Of a stretch of 64,000 nt of DNA, positions 24,460 to 38,405 are shown in pieces. The notes beneath the pieces were generated by a model, which had not been told where the DNA came from, ran no database searches, and saw only the letters and a program-made list of their open reading frames with translations. The position numbers and the translations under genes were made by a program. This DNA comes from Chiloscyllium plagiosum (taxonomy: Eukaryota). The stretch covers positions 81,831,915 to 81,895,914 of the forward strand of contig NC_057719.1 of the NCBI RefSeq assembly GCF_004010195.1, written 5' to 3'. Positions within the stretch are counted from its first letter, which is position 1; the number at the start of each line of letters is the position of its first letter.

Positions 24460-27400
24460 CAGATAGTGCAGGGATGTCATGTGGCTGTTCCCCTCAATAA
24501 TAAGTATATCGCTTTGGATAATGTTGAGGTGTACAACCTACCGGGGAAAGCCACAGTGGCCAGGTCTCTGGCACTGAGCCTGGCTCTGTGGCTCAGAAGG
24601 GAAGGGGGGTGGTGGAATAGAAGAGCGATAGTGATAGGAGATTCAATGGTTAGAGGAACATTCCAGAGTCAGGGATGCCTCGGATCGAATCTACAGGATT
24701 CTTAAGGGGGAGGGGGAGCAGTCAGAAGTCGTGGTACACATCAGTACAATTACAGCAAGGAAAAGGGAGACGAGGACCTGAAAAGTGAATATAAGGACTT
24801 ACGTTGGAAACTAAAAGGCAGAATGAGCATAGTAGAAATCTCAGGATTACTACCGGTGCCACAGGCTGATGAGGCTAGGAATAGAGAGTGAGTGCAGTTG
24901 AATACGCAGCTGCAGAGCTGGTGTAGGAGGGATGGCTTGAGATATGTGAATCATTGGGATACCTTCTGGGGAAGGTGGGACCTGTATAAGGAAAACGGGT
25001 TACACCTGAACTGGAGGGGCACCAATATCCTGGGTGGAGGGTTTGACAGAGCTCTTTGGGCGGCCTTAAACTAGTTTGACAGGGAATGGGAACCAGAATG
25101 GGAATCAGAAGATGGTGAACAGGCAGATACAGTGTGCAGGGAGTCCGTGAGGAAGGATTGACAGTTGATAGGGCAAAGTTGCAGTGGGTTGAAGTGTGTG
25201 TCTATTTTAATGCAAGAAGTATCAGGCATAAGGGTGATGAACTTAGATCATGGATCAGTACTTGGAGTGACGATGTTGTGGCCGTTACGGAGACTTGAAT
25301 GTCGCAGGGACAGGAATGGTTGTTGGATGTTCCAGGGTTTAGATGTTTCAAAAGGAATAGTGGTGGGAGGTAAAAGAGGTGGGGGAGTGGCATTGCTAAT
25401 CAGGGAGAGTATCACAGCTGCAGAAAGGGAGGTCATCGAGGAGGGTTTGTCTGCAGAGTCAGTATGGGTGGAAGTCAGAAACAGGAAAGGAACAGTCACT
25501 TTATTGGGAGTTTTCTATAGACCCCCCAATAGCAACAGAGACAAGGAGGAGCAGATTGGGAGGCAGATTTTGGAAAGGTGCAGAAGTAACAGGGTTGTTG
25601 TCATGAGTGACTTCAACTTCCCTCATATTGATTGGAACCTCCTTAGTGCAAATAGTTTGGATGGAGCAGATTTTGTCAGGTGTGTCCAGGAAGGATTCCT
25701 GACTCAATATGTAAATAGGCCAATAGAGTGAAGATCATATTAGATTTGATGCTTGGCAACAAACCAGATCAGGTGTTAGATGTCTTGGTGGGAGAGTATG
25801 TCGGTGATAGTGATCACAACTCCCTGACCTTTACCATAATCATGGATAAGGATAAGAGCAGACAGCATGGGAAAGTATTTAATTGAGGGAGGGGAATTAC
25901 AAGTTTACGTGGAGCATAAATTGGGAATAGATACTCTCATGGAAATGCATGACAGAAATGTGGAGGTTGTTTAAGAAGCACTTGCTTCAAGTACTGGATA
26001 GGTTTGCCCCACTGAAGTAAGGAAGGGATGGTTGGATGAAGGAACCTTGGATGAGAAGAGATGTGGAACATCTAGTCAAGAGGAAGAAGGAAGCTTACTT
26101 AAGGTTGAGGAGGCATGGATCAGACAGGACTCTAGAGGGTTACACGGTAGCCAGGAAAGAACTGAAGAATGAACTTAGGAGAGCTAGAAGGGGGCATGAA
26201 AAAGCCTTGACAAGTAGAATTAAGGAAAACCCCAAGATGTTCTACATTTAAGTGAGGAACAAGAGAATGGCCACAGTGAGGGTAGGACCGATTAGGGATC
26301 ATGGAGGGAACTTGTGCTTGGAGTCAGAGGAGGTAGTGGAGGTCCTTAATGAATACTTTGCTTCAATATTCACTAATGAGGGGGACCTTGTCATTGATGA
26401 GAACACCTTGAAACAGACCGATATGCTCAAACAGGTTGATGTTAAGACAGAGGATGTTCTGGAAATCTTTAAAAACATGAGGATAGATAAGTCTCCTGGG
26501 CCAGATGGGATATAACCAAGGTTGCTACAGAAAGTGAGGGAAGAGATTTGGTGAAGATCTTTGTGTCCTCACTGTCCACTGAAGTACTACTAGATGATTG
26601 GAAGGTGACAAATGTTATTCCCTTGTTCAAGAAAATGAATAGAGATAACTTAGGAAATTACAGACCTGTCAGTCTTACGTTGGTGATGGGCAAATTATTG
26701 GAGAGGATTCTGAGAGACAGAATTTATGATTATTTGGGAAACCATAGCATGGCTTTGTGAGGGGCAGGTCATGCCTCACAAGCTTTATTGAATTTCTTGA
26801 GGATGTGGTAAAACACATTGATAAAGGGAGAGCAGTGGATGTGGTTTATATGGATGTTAGCAAGGCGTTTGATAAGGTTCCCCATGGTAGGCTCATTCAG
26901 AAAGTAAGGAAGCATGGGATAGATGGAAATTTGGTTATCTGGACAAAGAATTGCTAGTCCATAGAAAACAGAGGGTGGTGGTAGATGGAAAGTTTTCAGC
27001 CTGGAGCTCAGTGACCAGTGGTGTTCTTCAGGAACCTCTGCTCTTTGTGATTTTTATAAATTGGATTTGATGTGGTTTAGTAAGTTTGCTGATCTCATAA
27101 AAGTTGGTGAAGTTGTGGCAAGTGTGGAGGGCTGTTGTAGATTGCAATGGGACATTGACAGGATACAGAACTGTGCTGAGAATTGGCAGATGGCGTTCAA
27201 CCTGGAAAAGTGTGAAGTGATTCATTTTGAAAGGTTAAATTTGAATGCAGAATACAGGGTTCAAGGCAGGATTCTTGGCAGTGTGGACGAACAGAGGGAT
27301 CTTGGTGTCCACATCCATAGATCCCTCAAAGCTGCCAACCAAGTTGATAGGGTTGTTAAGAAGGCGTATGATGTGTTGCATTTCATTAGCCTGGGGATTG

Positions 27401-27975
27401 AGTTTAAAAGCCGTAAGGTTATGCTGCAGCTCTATAAAGCACTGGTTAGAGCACCCTTGGAATATTGTGTTCAGTTCTGGCTGCCTCATTATAGGAAGGA
27501 TGTAGAAGTTATAGAGACAGTGTGGAGGAGATTTACCAGCATACTGCCTGGACTGGAGGGCATGCCTTATGAAGAAAGGTTGACGGAGCTAGGGCTTTTC
27601 TCATTGGAGTGAAGAAGGATGAGAGGCGATTTGATAGAGGTGTACAAGATTATGAGAGGCATAGATACAGTGGATAGCCAGAGATCTTTTCCCAGGGTGG
27701 AAATGGCTATCACAAGAGAGCATAGTTTTAAGGTGATTGGAGGAAGGTTTAGGGGAGATGTCAGAGATAGGTTCTTTATACAGAGAGCGGTGGGTGCATG
27801 GAATGCACTGTCAGCAGTGGTAGTAGAGGCAGATACATGGGGGCTATATAAGCGACTCTTAAATGAGAGTAAAATGAAGGGTATGTAGGTTAGTTTGATC
27901 TTAGAGTAGGATAAAAGGTTGGCACAACATTGAGGGTGGAAGTGCCTATGCTGTGCTGTACTGTTCTATGTTCTA
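24460..27975 (+). mobile_element. Near full-length CR1 LINE: ORF1 SGNH-esterase remnant, ORF2 APE-RT, (TGTTCTA)n tail; pseudogenised
   Basis: ORF1 IVIGDSMVRGT and NGLHLNWRG; APE GVALLI, FYRPPNS, DFNFP, DSDHN; RT KSPGPDG, NYRPVSLT, KAFDKVPH, KFAD; tail at 27960-27975. Confidence 0.93.
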
Positions 27976-27979
27976 AGTA

Positions 27980-28280
27980 CAGCATGGTGGCTCAATGGTT
28001 AGCACTGTTGTCTCACAGCACCAAGAATCCAGGTTCAATTCCAACCTTGAGTAACTATCTGTGGGGAGTTTACACATTCTTCCTGTGTCTGCATTGGTTT
28101 CCTCTAGGTGCTGTGGTTTCCTCCCACTATCCAAAGATGTGCAGTTGAGGTGGATTGGCCATGGAAAATGCATGGTTACAGGGATGTGGTCGGTCTGGAT
28201 GGGATGCTGTTTGGAGCTGCATGGATGCAGACTCAATGGGCTGAATGATGTGCTTCCAAATTGTAATAATTATTCTATGA
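27980..28280 (+). mobile_element. HE1-type tRNA SINE, diverged
   Basis: TGGCTCAATGG A box, GGTTCAATTCC B box, body homologous to 32291-32594. Confidence 0.8.
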
Positions 28281-28459
28281 TTCCACCTAAGAGAGAAATT
28301 GGGGCCCTAGTTTACATTTCATCCCAAAAGTTGATACCTCTGTTAGTATGGAGTTCCCTCGGTGCTGCACTCAGAGTCAGCCTTGATTATGTGATCCTGG
28401 GTGGGGTTTTAGTCCAAAATCCTCAGTTCAGGCTGTGCCATGCTGACACCTCAATAAAA

Positions 28460-29050
28460 TCCCTCATCACCCAATTCTGCATCGCACCAACCTCTGTGCT
28501 GTAGAAACCTTCACCCATCTCTTTGTTATCTCTAGACATGACTATTCCGCTGCCCTGATGACTGGCCTTCCCCTGTCAGCCTTCTAGAAATTCAAGGTTA
28601 TTCAAAACCCTTCTTGCCTGTATTCTATCATGCAACAAATCCTATTTAACTCTCATGCCTGTACCTGCTGGCAAATTGACTCCACATTTGGCAAAGCCTC
28701 AATTTAACATTTTCCACCCATATCTTCACTTCTTCTTGGTCTCAATTTTCCCTATCTCTGTAATCCCCTGCAGCCCTGTTAATTTTTCTGCACTCCTGTT
28801 TTCATAATCATTCCAATTGGTTTGCTCAGCCGTTTGTAACCATAACCTCACTGCTCAGATTCTAAAACTCTGGAATTCCGTCTCTAAACATCTTTATCTC
28901 CCTTGACGCTCTTCAAAAACAACATCTTTGATGAGATTTTTGAATATCCACTCTAATATCTCAATTGTAGTTTGGTGCCAAATTTTGTTTGATATCTTCC
29001 TATGAAGTACCTTTGTATGTTTTAATCTATTAAAATGGCTATTGATTGCA
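28460..29050 (+). mobile_element. Old L2-clade LINE 3' end
   Basis: FVISRHDYSAALMTGLP...KFKVIQN resembles the L2 SRLDYxNxLLxGLP motif. Confidence 0.65.
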
Positions 29051-29176
29051 ATTAGTTGTTTTTTTATTCACTCATGGGCCACTATTTATTGCCCATCCCT
29101 AGTTGCCCTTGAGAAGGTGGTGGTGAGTTGCCTTCTTGAACCGCTGCAGTCCATGGTGCTGCAGGTAAATCGGCAT

Positions 29177-30248
29177 TGTTATGGACCAGGCCAGACCCCC
29201 TCAAAACATTTCAAGAAAGTAATCCAGACCCTAATTTGCCAGTTGTTTTAAGCAGGTGTAAAGTGGATATTCCATGAAAGGATCAGCTGGTCAAACCACT
29301 TAGTTTTAAATAAAACAGAATTTATTCACAAGATTAGAACATAGAACATAGAACATAGAAAAATACAGCGCAGTACAGGCCCTTCGGCCCTCGATGTTGC
29401 GCCGATCCAAGCCCACCTAACCTACACTAGCCCACTATCCTCCATATGCCTATCCAATGCCCGCATAAATGCCCATAATGAGGGAGNNNNNNNNNNNNNN
29501 NNNNNNNNNNNNCCCCAAGTGCCTCAGCTTTTCCTCATACGATCTTTCTACCATACCAGGCAACATCCTGGTAATCCTCCTCTGCACCCGTTCCAGTGCC
29601 TCCCCATCCTTCCTATAGTATGGCGACCAAAACTGCACAAAATACTCCAGATGCGGCCGCACCAGAGTCTTATACAACTGCAACATGACCTCAGGGCTGT
29701 GGAACTCAATTCTTCTACCAATAAAAGCCAGTACGCCATATGCCTTCTTCACCGCACTATTTACCTGGGTGGCAATGAAACACAAACAAAAGGGAACAGA
29801 ATACCGAATAACGTAACCTATCCGAAAACCCAACTGATGATCCCAAGTTAATGATACTGTTCCCAATACTTGCAATAATCTCCATAAACACCCCTCGGCA
29901 CAGAAGGTAAAATCAAACACAGGGTCTTACACGATGGACATCAGAGAGAGAGTAGTAGCCTGGACCTGCTTTCTTTGGACGCAGCAGCTTTGTCCACACT
30001 AATGCTAAAAATCCAAACCAAACCAGAGAAAAGCTGAGCTGGGAGCACTGGCTACTCCCACTTCATTGTACAAGTGTTATTTTTCAAAACTCAAAAGCCT
30101 TCTGCCTGAGGCAGTATCTGTTAGCTATTATCAAATTGGCCCTAAAACCCTTCAATCCCAGACCTTTTGGAGTCTCTGTCATTTATGCCCTCTCTGAAAA
30201 AAAAAACCTAGGGCAGCATAACCTTGTTAAAGGAGCAGCTTCGTCACA
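29177..30248 (-). mobile_element. Solo LTR with nested CR1 (29335-29773, -)
   Basis: TGTTATG...CGTCACA termini; 4-bp flanks GCAT/GTAT (1 mismatch); minus-strand start TGTGACGAAGCTGCTCCTTT resembles 37759. Confidence 0.65.
29335..29773 (-). mobile_element. Young CR1 3' fragment spanning a gap
   Basis: (AGAACAT)n tail; LYKTLVRPHLEYFVQFWSPYYRKD. Confidence 0.9.
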
Positions 30249-31477
30249 GTATCCATTGAGGAAAAAACTGCTCAAAATATTCAGGCAGAGCTGATGTGGA
30301 CTCAGGTTTTCCTGTCTGTGTCACAAGACACTGCTCAAATCCAGAATATCCATGTGCATTTTATGCATTAGGTACCGTCCTGGACATACACACAAATATG
30401 CGGTCTTTCTGTACACCAGGCAGTTATTAAAGGGAGCTTCTAAAAGCTTAATCATTTGTCAGCATTCCTATCTGAGAGACAAAAGATAGAGGGAATGGGG
30501 GAGAGGTTACCTGCTTGGGTGTTAGCCATGGTTCAGGGAGAATATACTTGCCTGGAAAACAGGACACAGAAGGGAGGAATCTTCTGGGCCCACTCAGAGG
30601 TTTTTGGAAGGTGGTGACAGTAGTGTATGTGATGGGATGAGGGCAAAGTTGGGGAACTTATTTAAGAGTGAAAGGGAATATCTGCTTGCTGACAGCGAGG
30701 TTAAAAGTTTACAAGCAAGTTCTCAGGCCAGTTTAAGCAGGTCCGGTTTGGCAAGATAGGAACCACGTTCTGCATTCATTAGCATGCCACAAATACTAAT
30801 TAACGGCCCAACCTGCTGAAGTTAAATCCACAGGTGCAATCTTGTTTTCCAAAGTATTCCAAATTTTCCACGCGTGCTCAAAAACCTGGCTATGGATACA
30901 TGAGGCATGTACCTGGCAGAATGGACATCCAAGCTCTGCTGAGCACAAACCTCTTCAAGACTTTGCCTCCTTCATACACAAGAAGTCACTTTATGCACAG
31001 ATCTGGGGTGAAGCCTCTCTGTGCAAACCAGCCTCACGGGAAGGCTCAGACTGGTTTGTTGTTAAGTACTTCTTGTATGTTTTCAGTGTGATCCCTGGCA
31101 GATGTATGAGAGGCAGTGCCATTGTGATGCCAGTCATACTGCATGGGTGCTGCAATGTAGTGTCAGACAGTGATTGCACATGATGCACCTGTTAGAGATG
31201 CCTAGCACCTAATCTTCAGTCCCATGTGGTGGCAACGTTACAATGCTGAGCCGTGCTCACGAAGCATTGAGTAGAAATTGGTCTGCACTCTGGCAGAGAG
31301 CAGCAGATCATTTATCCACTTGCAGTGCTGAAACCAGGTTCCCTTGAGAGCCCCATTAATGCTGAGTTCCGCTGCCACCTCTGTCCAGAATGCCTTTGTC
31401 AATCAGAATGGCCATTCCCAGGAAGAAGCATTGCCCTTTTCTCCTGGGCAGCCATCAGAAGAACATCTAAGGTAGCA

Positions 31478-31905
31478 TTAGAGTCGTTTAGTACGGAAAC
31501 AGTCCAACTAGTCCATGCCAACCATAATCCCAAACTAAACTAGTCCCACCTGCTTGCACTTGGCTCATATCCCTCCAAACATTCATATACTTATCCAAAT
31601 AACTTTTAAATGTTGTTACTGCATCCACCACTTCCTCGGAAAGTTCATTCCACACACGAACCACTCTCTGTTTAAAAAAAAATTGCCCCTCATGCCTTTC
31701 TTAAATCTTTCTCCTCTCACCTTAGAAATATGTCTCAAGTCTTGAAATCCCCCACCCAAGGGAAAAGACACCTGCCATTCATCTTATCTATACCTCTCAT
31801 GATTTTATGAAACTCATCAACCTTCTATGCTCCAGTGAAAAAGGTTCCAGCCTCTCCTTATAACTCACACCTGCCAGTCCCAGCAACATCCTGGTAAATC
31901 AATTC
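31478..31905 (-). mobile_element. CR1 3' end fragment
   Basis: Homologous to 8452-8885. Confidence 0.8.
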
Positions 31906-32290
31906 GAAAGCATGGCATTGCTTTTTTGCCTGGTCTATCACCAAGGTGATGAAGCAGATGTTGAGTGATGCTCCTGGGCAAATGTCTGGGTGCCTTTTAC
32001 CTTTGGTCTCTGGATGTTGGACCCTGGAAGTGTGGGAGGTGCCCAAAACCTCCTTCCCCCTAATCTGTAAAATGTGAAATTTTACCCACACATTAATATG
32101 TAATGAGTTGCAAAGAACGTCATGGTACACCCCATTCCAGACAATGCCCCTGCCACTGTTTGCACACTCAGTTCCAAAGATGAAAATTCCACCCTGTGGG
32201 TTGTAGCCCCTATAACCCTCTATCCACTCCACTGTTCCCCAAATACAACATTCAGAGATACCACATTCCAGGGAGTGCCTACAGAAAGAT

Positions 32291-32594
32291 GGGCGGCACG
32301 GTGGCACGGTGGTTAGCACTGCTGCCTCACAGCGCCAGAGACCCGAGTTCAATTCCCACCTCAGGCAACTCTCTGTGTGGAGTTTGCACATTCTCCCCAT
32401 GTCTGCGTGGGTTTCCTCTGGGTGCTCCGGTTTCCTCCCACAATCCAAAAATGTGCAGGTTAGGTGAATTGGCCATGCTAAATTGCCCATAGTGTTAAGT
32501 GAAGGGGTAAATGTAGGGGAATGGGTCTGGATGGGCTGCGGGTCGGTGTGGACTTGTTGGGCTGATGGGCCTGTTTCCACACTGCAAGTAATCT
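32291..32594 (+). mobile_element. HE1-type tRNA SINE, full length, 7-bp TSD
   Basis: GGCGGCACGGTGGCACGGTGGTTAGCACTGCTGCC head, B box GAGTTCAATTCC, CR1-like tail; AAAGATG at 32285-32291 and 32595-32601. Confidence 0.9.
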
Positions 32595-34149
32595 AAAGAT
32601 GCTTGCAACCTGAGTAATATTTTACAAAGTCTTAACTATGGTGTACCTTTAATGTGAGATTTGAATACCTACCATAGAGGTCAAAGCATAACCCACTGTG
32701 ATATGCAGTCCCAATAATTCTGTATATCATGCCCTTTTATTGCCCTCATAATTTCTGCCAGAATTGTTTTGGAGCAGCATTCAACACTTCAAGGAGCTCT
32801 CTTGATAACAGCTTCATTCCCAGTCCAACTTTTTTTTTGTCCTTATACATTCTAAATCAGTTTTAGATTAAGCCCTTCCAAGTTTTCAACCAGGTTCAGG
32901 AAAGATTTTTATATCATAAATGACCTTCAGACTTGCATTTAATTATTCCAGTGTTCAATACATCAATGTAAAAACACTTATACTTAATGATCTTTGCTGG
33001 CAGTTATTAGTTTTCCTTAAAATCTCTGACCTCCTGACGTGTGCTGACCACTATTCAATTACAGTATAGAGAAGTAAGACAAATATATTAAGATGGTTGA
33101 GATCAGCAATAAAATAAACTGCAGGGATGAAGTCAAGTGAGACTGTAAAGGAGAGTGACCAAAAGGGCATTCAGTGTTCCAGGGCGAGGAGGTATCCAAA
33201 AAGGTAAGGGAAGAGGATAGGGGAGATGTGAGAAGGCCAGTGAGACAGGACATTGAAGTGGGGGGGGGGGGTGGAGATTGGGGCGCGGTTGCAGAGGATT
33301 GCAGAAGGAACAAATTAGCAATGAAGAGTGCGATAAGGAGGCAGAGAGAGAAAAGCAGAGGGAATTTATAACATGGAACTTTACCAAGTACCAATGGGCC
33401 ATTCAACCCGATTGTCCCACACCATTATTTATGGTCCAGATCCCTTTCTCTTCATCCATCATAATTATTTAGCTTTGCTTTAAATATTATCAAAAGTATT
33501 TACTCCACGTAGTAGCAAGTTCCACAATCTAACCAATCCATGGGTAAAACAGTTTGTCCAGAATTGAATCTAATGGATATTTATAACCTGACTCTGAACT
33601 GTGCCCAGAAGTGGCACCATCTTCTCTGTGTCCATCCTACTAAACTCCTTCATAGTTTCAAAGACATTTCACAGCATCACACTACACAATTCACATATCA
33701 GCCTTCCCTTTGCCAGATTTGTCCTGATAGTTCAAGTATTACAACAGGGAAGAAATGGAGAAGTGAGTAAGAAAAAGAAGGAGATGAGGAGAAAAAAGAG
33801 GAATAGCACTTGGAGAGATGAAGCTAGGGAATGAGATAAAGGGGAGGAGAGAGGAGGGATCCTTTCTTGAAGGCTTGAAAGAGTAAAGTTAGAAGCTATA
33901 AGTGATATCTTGCTGGTACACCTGTGTGTGCAACTCTCTAATCAGTAGTTATGTGTGATAGCTGGCATTCTAGAAACTGCCTTCATCGTGTTTTTAGGGG
34001 ATTAATTTACCCAGTGGAGCAAGTCAACATTGTTAAATTCATGAATGTTCTTTGAATACTTCTAACATTCACAATGATAAAAAAACAAATTTTCAATTAA
34101 GCCTATAGTCAACAATCAAGCAAAATTCAGGAATTTCTTTTAACCATTC

Positions 34150-34820
34150 ATGAGATTGCAGTTTCAGTTGGCAGTTTAGGAAAACAAACGCAATGTTAGC
34201 ATTCATTTCAAAAGGAAGTTTACAAGAGTAGAGATGTACAGCTGAGGCTGTATGAAGATATGGTCCAACTACATTTAGAATATTGTGAGCAGTTTTGTGT
34301 ACCATATCTAAGGAAGGATGTGCTGGCCTTGGAGGAGATTCGGATGAAGTTTACAAGAATGATCCTAGGGATGAAGAGCTTGTCATATGAGGAGCAGTTG
34401 AGGACCCGAAGTCTGTACTCAATGGAGTTTAGAAGTGTGAGGAGGGATCTTGTTGAAACATACAGAGTACAGAGAGGCCTGGATAGAGTGGACATGGAGA
34501 CAATGTTTCCACAAACATGAGAGACTAGGGCTCAAGAGCATAGCCTTAGAGTGAAGGGATGACACTTTAGAACTGAAATCAGGAGGAATTTCCACAGCCA
34601 GAAGGTAGTTAATCTGAGGAACTCATTGGCAGAGAGGGCTGTGGAGGCCATGTCACTGAGTGTATTTAAGATTCGGAGATAGAGATAGATAGATTCTGAA
34701 AAGGGGATCAAGGGATACAGAGAGAAGGTAGAAGAATGGGATTGAGAAACATATCAGCCATGGTCAAATGGCAGAGCAGACTCAATGGAGTGAATGGCCT
34801 AATTCTGCTCCTATATTTTG
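34150..34820 (+). mobile_element. CR1 3' fragment
   Basis: HLEYCEQFCVPYLRKDVLALE...RDLVETYR; 3' UTR similar to 4500-4756. Confidence 0.85.
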
Positions 34821-35224
34821 TGGAATGCTGCTGGCAAGGCCAGTTCTTTTTCCAACCCTACTTGCTCGGGCAAAGGTGGTGGTGGGTCACTTACTTGAAT
34901 CACAGCAGTCCATCTTTGTAGTTATACCCACAGTGTCATGAGGAAGGGGATCGAAGATTCTTGACCATGCGACAGTGAAGGAATGATTATATGTTTCTAA
35001 GTCAGGATGGTGTGGAATTTGGAGGGGAACCTGCATGTTTCTATGCATCTGCTGGCCTTGCCCATCTCGATGACAGAGGTCATGGGTTTGGAAGGTGCTA
35101 TCTAAGGAGTGTTGGTGAACTTCTGCTATGCATCTTGTAGATACGTACACACTGTTGCTACTGGGCATGGGTGGTGAAGTGAATTTTTTAAGTTTTGGAT
35201 CTGGATTACTTTGTCCTGGATAAT

Positions 35225-35645
35225 ATTTGGCCCTTCAAACCTGCTCCACCATTCAATAAATTATGGCTGATCTTATTTTAACCTCAACTCTACATTCCTG
35301 CATCTCCCCCTATAATCTTCCATCCTCTTGATAATCAAAAATATATCTACTTGCTTTGAAGATTTAAGGAAGGGAATTCTCACAGCAGAGAATTCAGAAA
35401 AAATGTTTCCTCATTTCTATTTTAAACTATGACCCCTGGTTCTAGATTCTCTGACAAGAGGAAACATGCTTTCAACATCCACCTTGTGAGATCCCCTCAG
35501 GATGTTATATGTTTCAGTTAAGCCACTTCTGATTCTTCTAAACTCAATAGGATACTGGCCTAGTCTGTCTAGCCTTGCCTCGTAAGTCAATCCACTCATT
35601 CCAGATAGCAGTCTAGTAAACTGACTCTGAATTGTTTCCAATGCA
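35225..35645 (-). mobile_element. CR1 3' fragment
   Basis: FTRLLSGMSGLTYEARLDRLG..LTETYNIL..RTRGHSLK. Confidence 0.8.
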
Positions 35646-35649
35646 TTAA

Positions 35650-36700
35650 CATGACATTGAGCTTCCTGAATGTTGTTGGAGGTGCACCCATCCAGGCAAG
35701 TGGAGAATAATCTATCACACTTTGATGGTGAACAAGCTCTGTGAAGACAGGAGCTGAGTTACTCACCACAAAGGAGCCAAGATACAGAGGTGAGGTGAAA
35801 GACACTACCTCTGAACCAAGCAAGCATTTGACCAAGTGTGACATCCATGTGTCCTCATAATAGGACAACTGGAATGTGCAATAAATGCTTGACTTGTCAA
35901 CAATGTTCAGATCCCTGGAATGAGTATCACAAACACTCATTGATGAATCAGATTTGATCCACTTGCTTGATGGGAATGGTAGATTGGCGGATATGGCAGG
36001 CCACAACTGATGACTCACAGATCATAGATTTCCAGTTTTGAGTTATGAGATCTGATCTGAATCCATCCCATTTAGTGTCACACGATGTCACTGAGGGTGT
36101 CCTTTTGCTGAAGACAAGACTTTGTCATCACAAGGACTACACAGTGTCGACACTGCTACCAAGACTGTCATGGTCATATACATCTGTGGGGGTGGATTGG
36201 TGAGCACAAGGTCAAGGTCACTTGTGTTGGTTCCTTCATTACCTGCTTCAGGACAGTTCTGGCAGATAAAACCTTCAGGACCCAGGCAAATCAGTCAGTA
36301 GTGCTGGTACTGGACCAGTCACGGTGATGGACATTGACGTCCCCATCCGTGATTGCATTCTGTGCGCTTGCCACCCTCAGTGTTTCTTCCAGGTGGTGGA
36401 TTACTGAGTCAGTGGTTGAGAGATGATGGTAAGTAACCCATAAACAAATTTGACTAAAGCTATGAAACTGCATGGAATCTGCTATCACCATTGAGAACAT
36501 CAAAGGCCATTCCCTCCTGACTCCATTACGACTGCCGATGGCTTTTTCCTGTCTCTGGGCCCTGTTCATATCAACGGAGAGTGATGGGGGAGTGGATGAT
36601 TCAGTGAGTACAGCTATGTCAGATAGTAGATGAAGTTTTGATCAGTCCAAAGGACAGCTCTCCCAATTTTGGCAGTTGATTAGCCTCAGATGTTGGTGAG
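35650..36700 (-). mobile_element. Old LINE fragments including APE (second CR1-superfamily lineage)
   Basis: LRVASAQNAITDGDVNVHHRDW..TTD (GDFN-like motif). Confidence 0.55.
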
Positions 36701-36889
36701 GTCAGGAGGAGAAGATTAACAGGCCACTGTCAGATCCAATGCCCAGTTCGATATCAGGAGAGACTCAGTGATGGAGTGGAGTTGATCGTGAGGGTGTGGG
36801 GGATTGCTGTCTTGTCAGGTGAGATAGCTGAAGACATCAGCTGTTGTACAAAAAAATGTAAGAGAAGGAAATTCAAACCCTGAACCCAG

Positions 36890-37190
36890 GGGTGGCACAG
36901 TGGTTAGCACTGCAGCCTTAAGGTGTCAGAGACCCTTTGATTCCCACCTTGGGCGACTGTGTGAAGTTTGCACATTCTCCCTGTGTCTGTGTGGGTTTCC
37001 TCCCACAATCCAAAAATATGTGCTGGTCAGGTGAATTGGCCATGCTAAATTGCCCGTAGTGTTAGGTGCTTTAGTAAATATAAGGTAGAGGAGTGGGTCT
37101 GGGTGGGTTACTCTTTGGAGGGTCGGTGTGGACTTGTTGGGCCAAAGGGCCTGTTTCCAAACTGTAGGGAATCTAATCTTAAAAAAAACT
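36890..37190 (+). mobile_element. HE1-type SINE
   Basis: Homologous to 32291-32594; AATCTAATCT plus A-tail. Confidence 0.85.
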
Positions 37191-37758
37191 CTTCAACACA
37201 TTACTCATTCATCAGCAAGCAATCTCGTAGGAAGTCTCCTGTTTAATTTTTTAAAGTCCTAGTCAGCTTGAAGAATATTCACAGTCCAGTGCACTACATT
37301 GAGAAAACCCAGGTACATATCCACTGCTACGACTGTAAATTGCTATGACAACTCCTGCCACAACCATTACTGATTGCTCTTATTACTGTGTCTCCTGTTT
37401 CTATGAATGACCCTCTGGCTTCATATAGAGAGCTCACTGGGGGAAACAATGGTGTCATGTCTCCTCAGATACTTGGGGTAATATCAAAACACCCCTCTCC
37501 CCAATATAGCTAACTCTTCCAAGGGACCGCTGTCTTCTACTGTGGTCCCCAAGCCACAGAGCACAGCATGTAATTCATGGTGCAGTACCGAGGGGTCGAT
37601 ATACAACCCATTGTCCTAAATTGAAATCAACATCCAGCTGCCCTTTCAGGTGTGAGACATGGCACTATTTCAAGGGAGAGGCTGGAAATCTCACCAGCAT
37701 CCTCATTTGACACAGGATTCTGGGTAATCCAAGATGGAAGATGGGAAAAATTTCTGGC

Positions 37759-38160
37759 TGTAACAGCTGCTCCTTTTTTTGAGGTATTTTAGGTGCTGGA
37801 AGTGATTTCCTCGAATTCCAGGAGCAGCAATTACTGTTTTATATGCTGTTGCATTGTTTTGGATCTTTGGGAAAAAAAAGTCAAAACATTAGCAGTTTCA
37901 AAAGGGAGAAGAACAGACAAAGGAAGCACATGGTGAGGTCAGTGCAGGAGAGAGAGAAAGAAAGAAACTGATTGAATTCATGTATCGCTGGACATCGGAG
38001 TGCGTCTGGGAAAATTAACAACAGTGAAATTCACAACTGATCTTGGAGGAACTGTTGGGTGAAATTCACAGCACAGAATCAGATAAGTGTATTGTTGTTT
38101 TAAGTGTGACCTATAAAAAGTCTGCAGTAGTGAGTAGAGTGGGTTCTTTCTTGATTATCA
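37759..38160 (+). mobile_element. Truncated LTR 5' part
   Basis: Starts TGTAACAGCTGCTCCTTT like the solo LTR at 29177-30248; abuts a CR1 3' end. Confidence 0.5.
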
Positions 38161-38161
38161 A

Positions 38162-38405
38162 CATTTTCTCACAGAGGGTGGTATGTGTATGGAATGAGCT
38201 GCCAGAGGAAGTGGTGGAGGCTGGTACAATTGCAACATTTAAGAGGCATTTGGATGGGTATGTGAATAGGAAGGGTTTGGAGGGATATGGGCAGGTGCTG
38301 GCAGGTGGGACTAGATTGGGTTGGGATATCTGGTCAGCATGGACAGGTTTTCCGAAGGCTCCGTTTCCATGCTGTACATCTCTATGACTCAATCTATGAC
38401 TCTAT
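38162..38405 (+). mobile_element. CR1 3' end
   Basis: FSQRVVCVWNELPEEVVEAGTIATFKRHLD; (CTATGACT)n tail. Confidence 0.9.

Noticed and set aside
32291..32370. tRNA gene
   Set aside because: The A and B boxes belong to a multi-copy SINE head and no complete cloverleaf is evident
31858..32580. 240-aa minus-strand ORF
   Set aside because: It is antisense read-through of a SINE and flanking DNA with no protein motif
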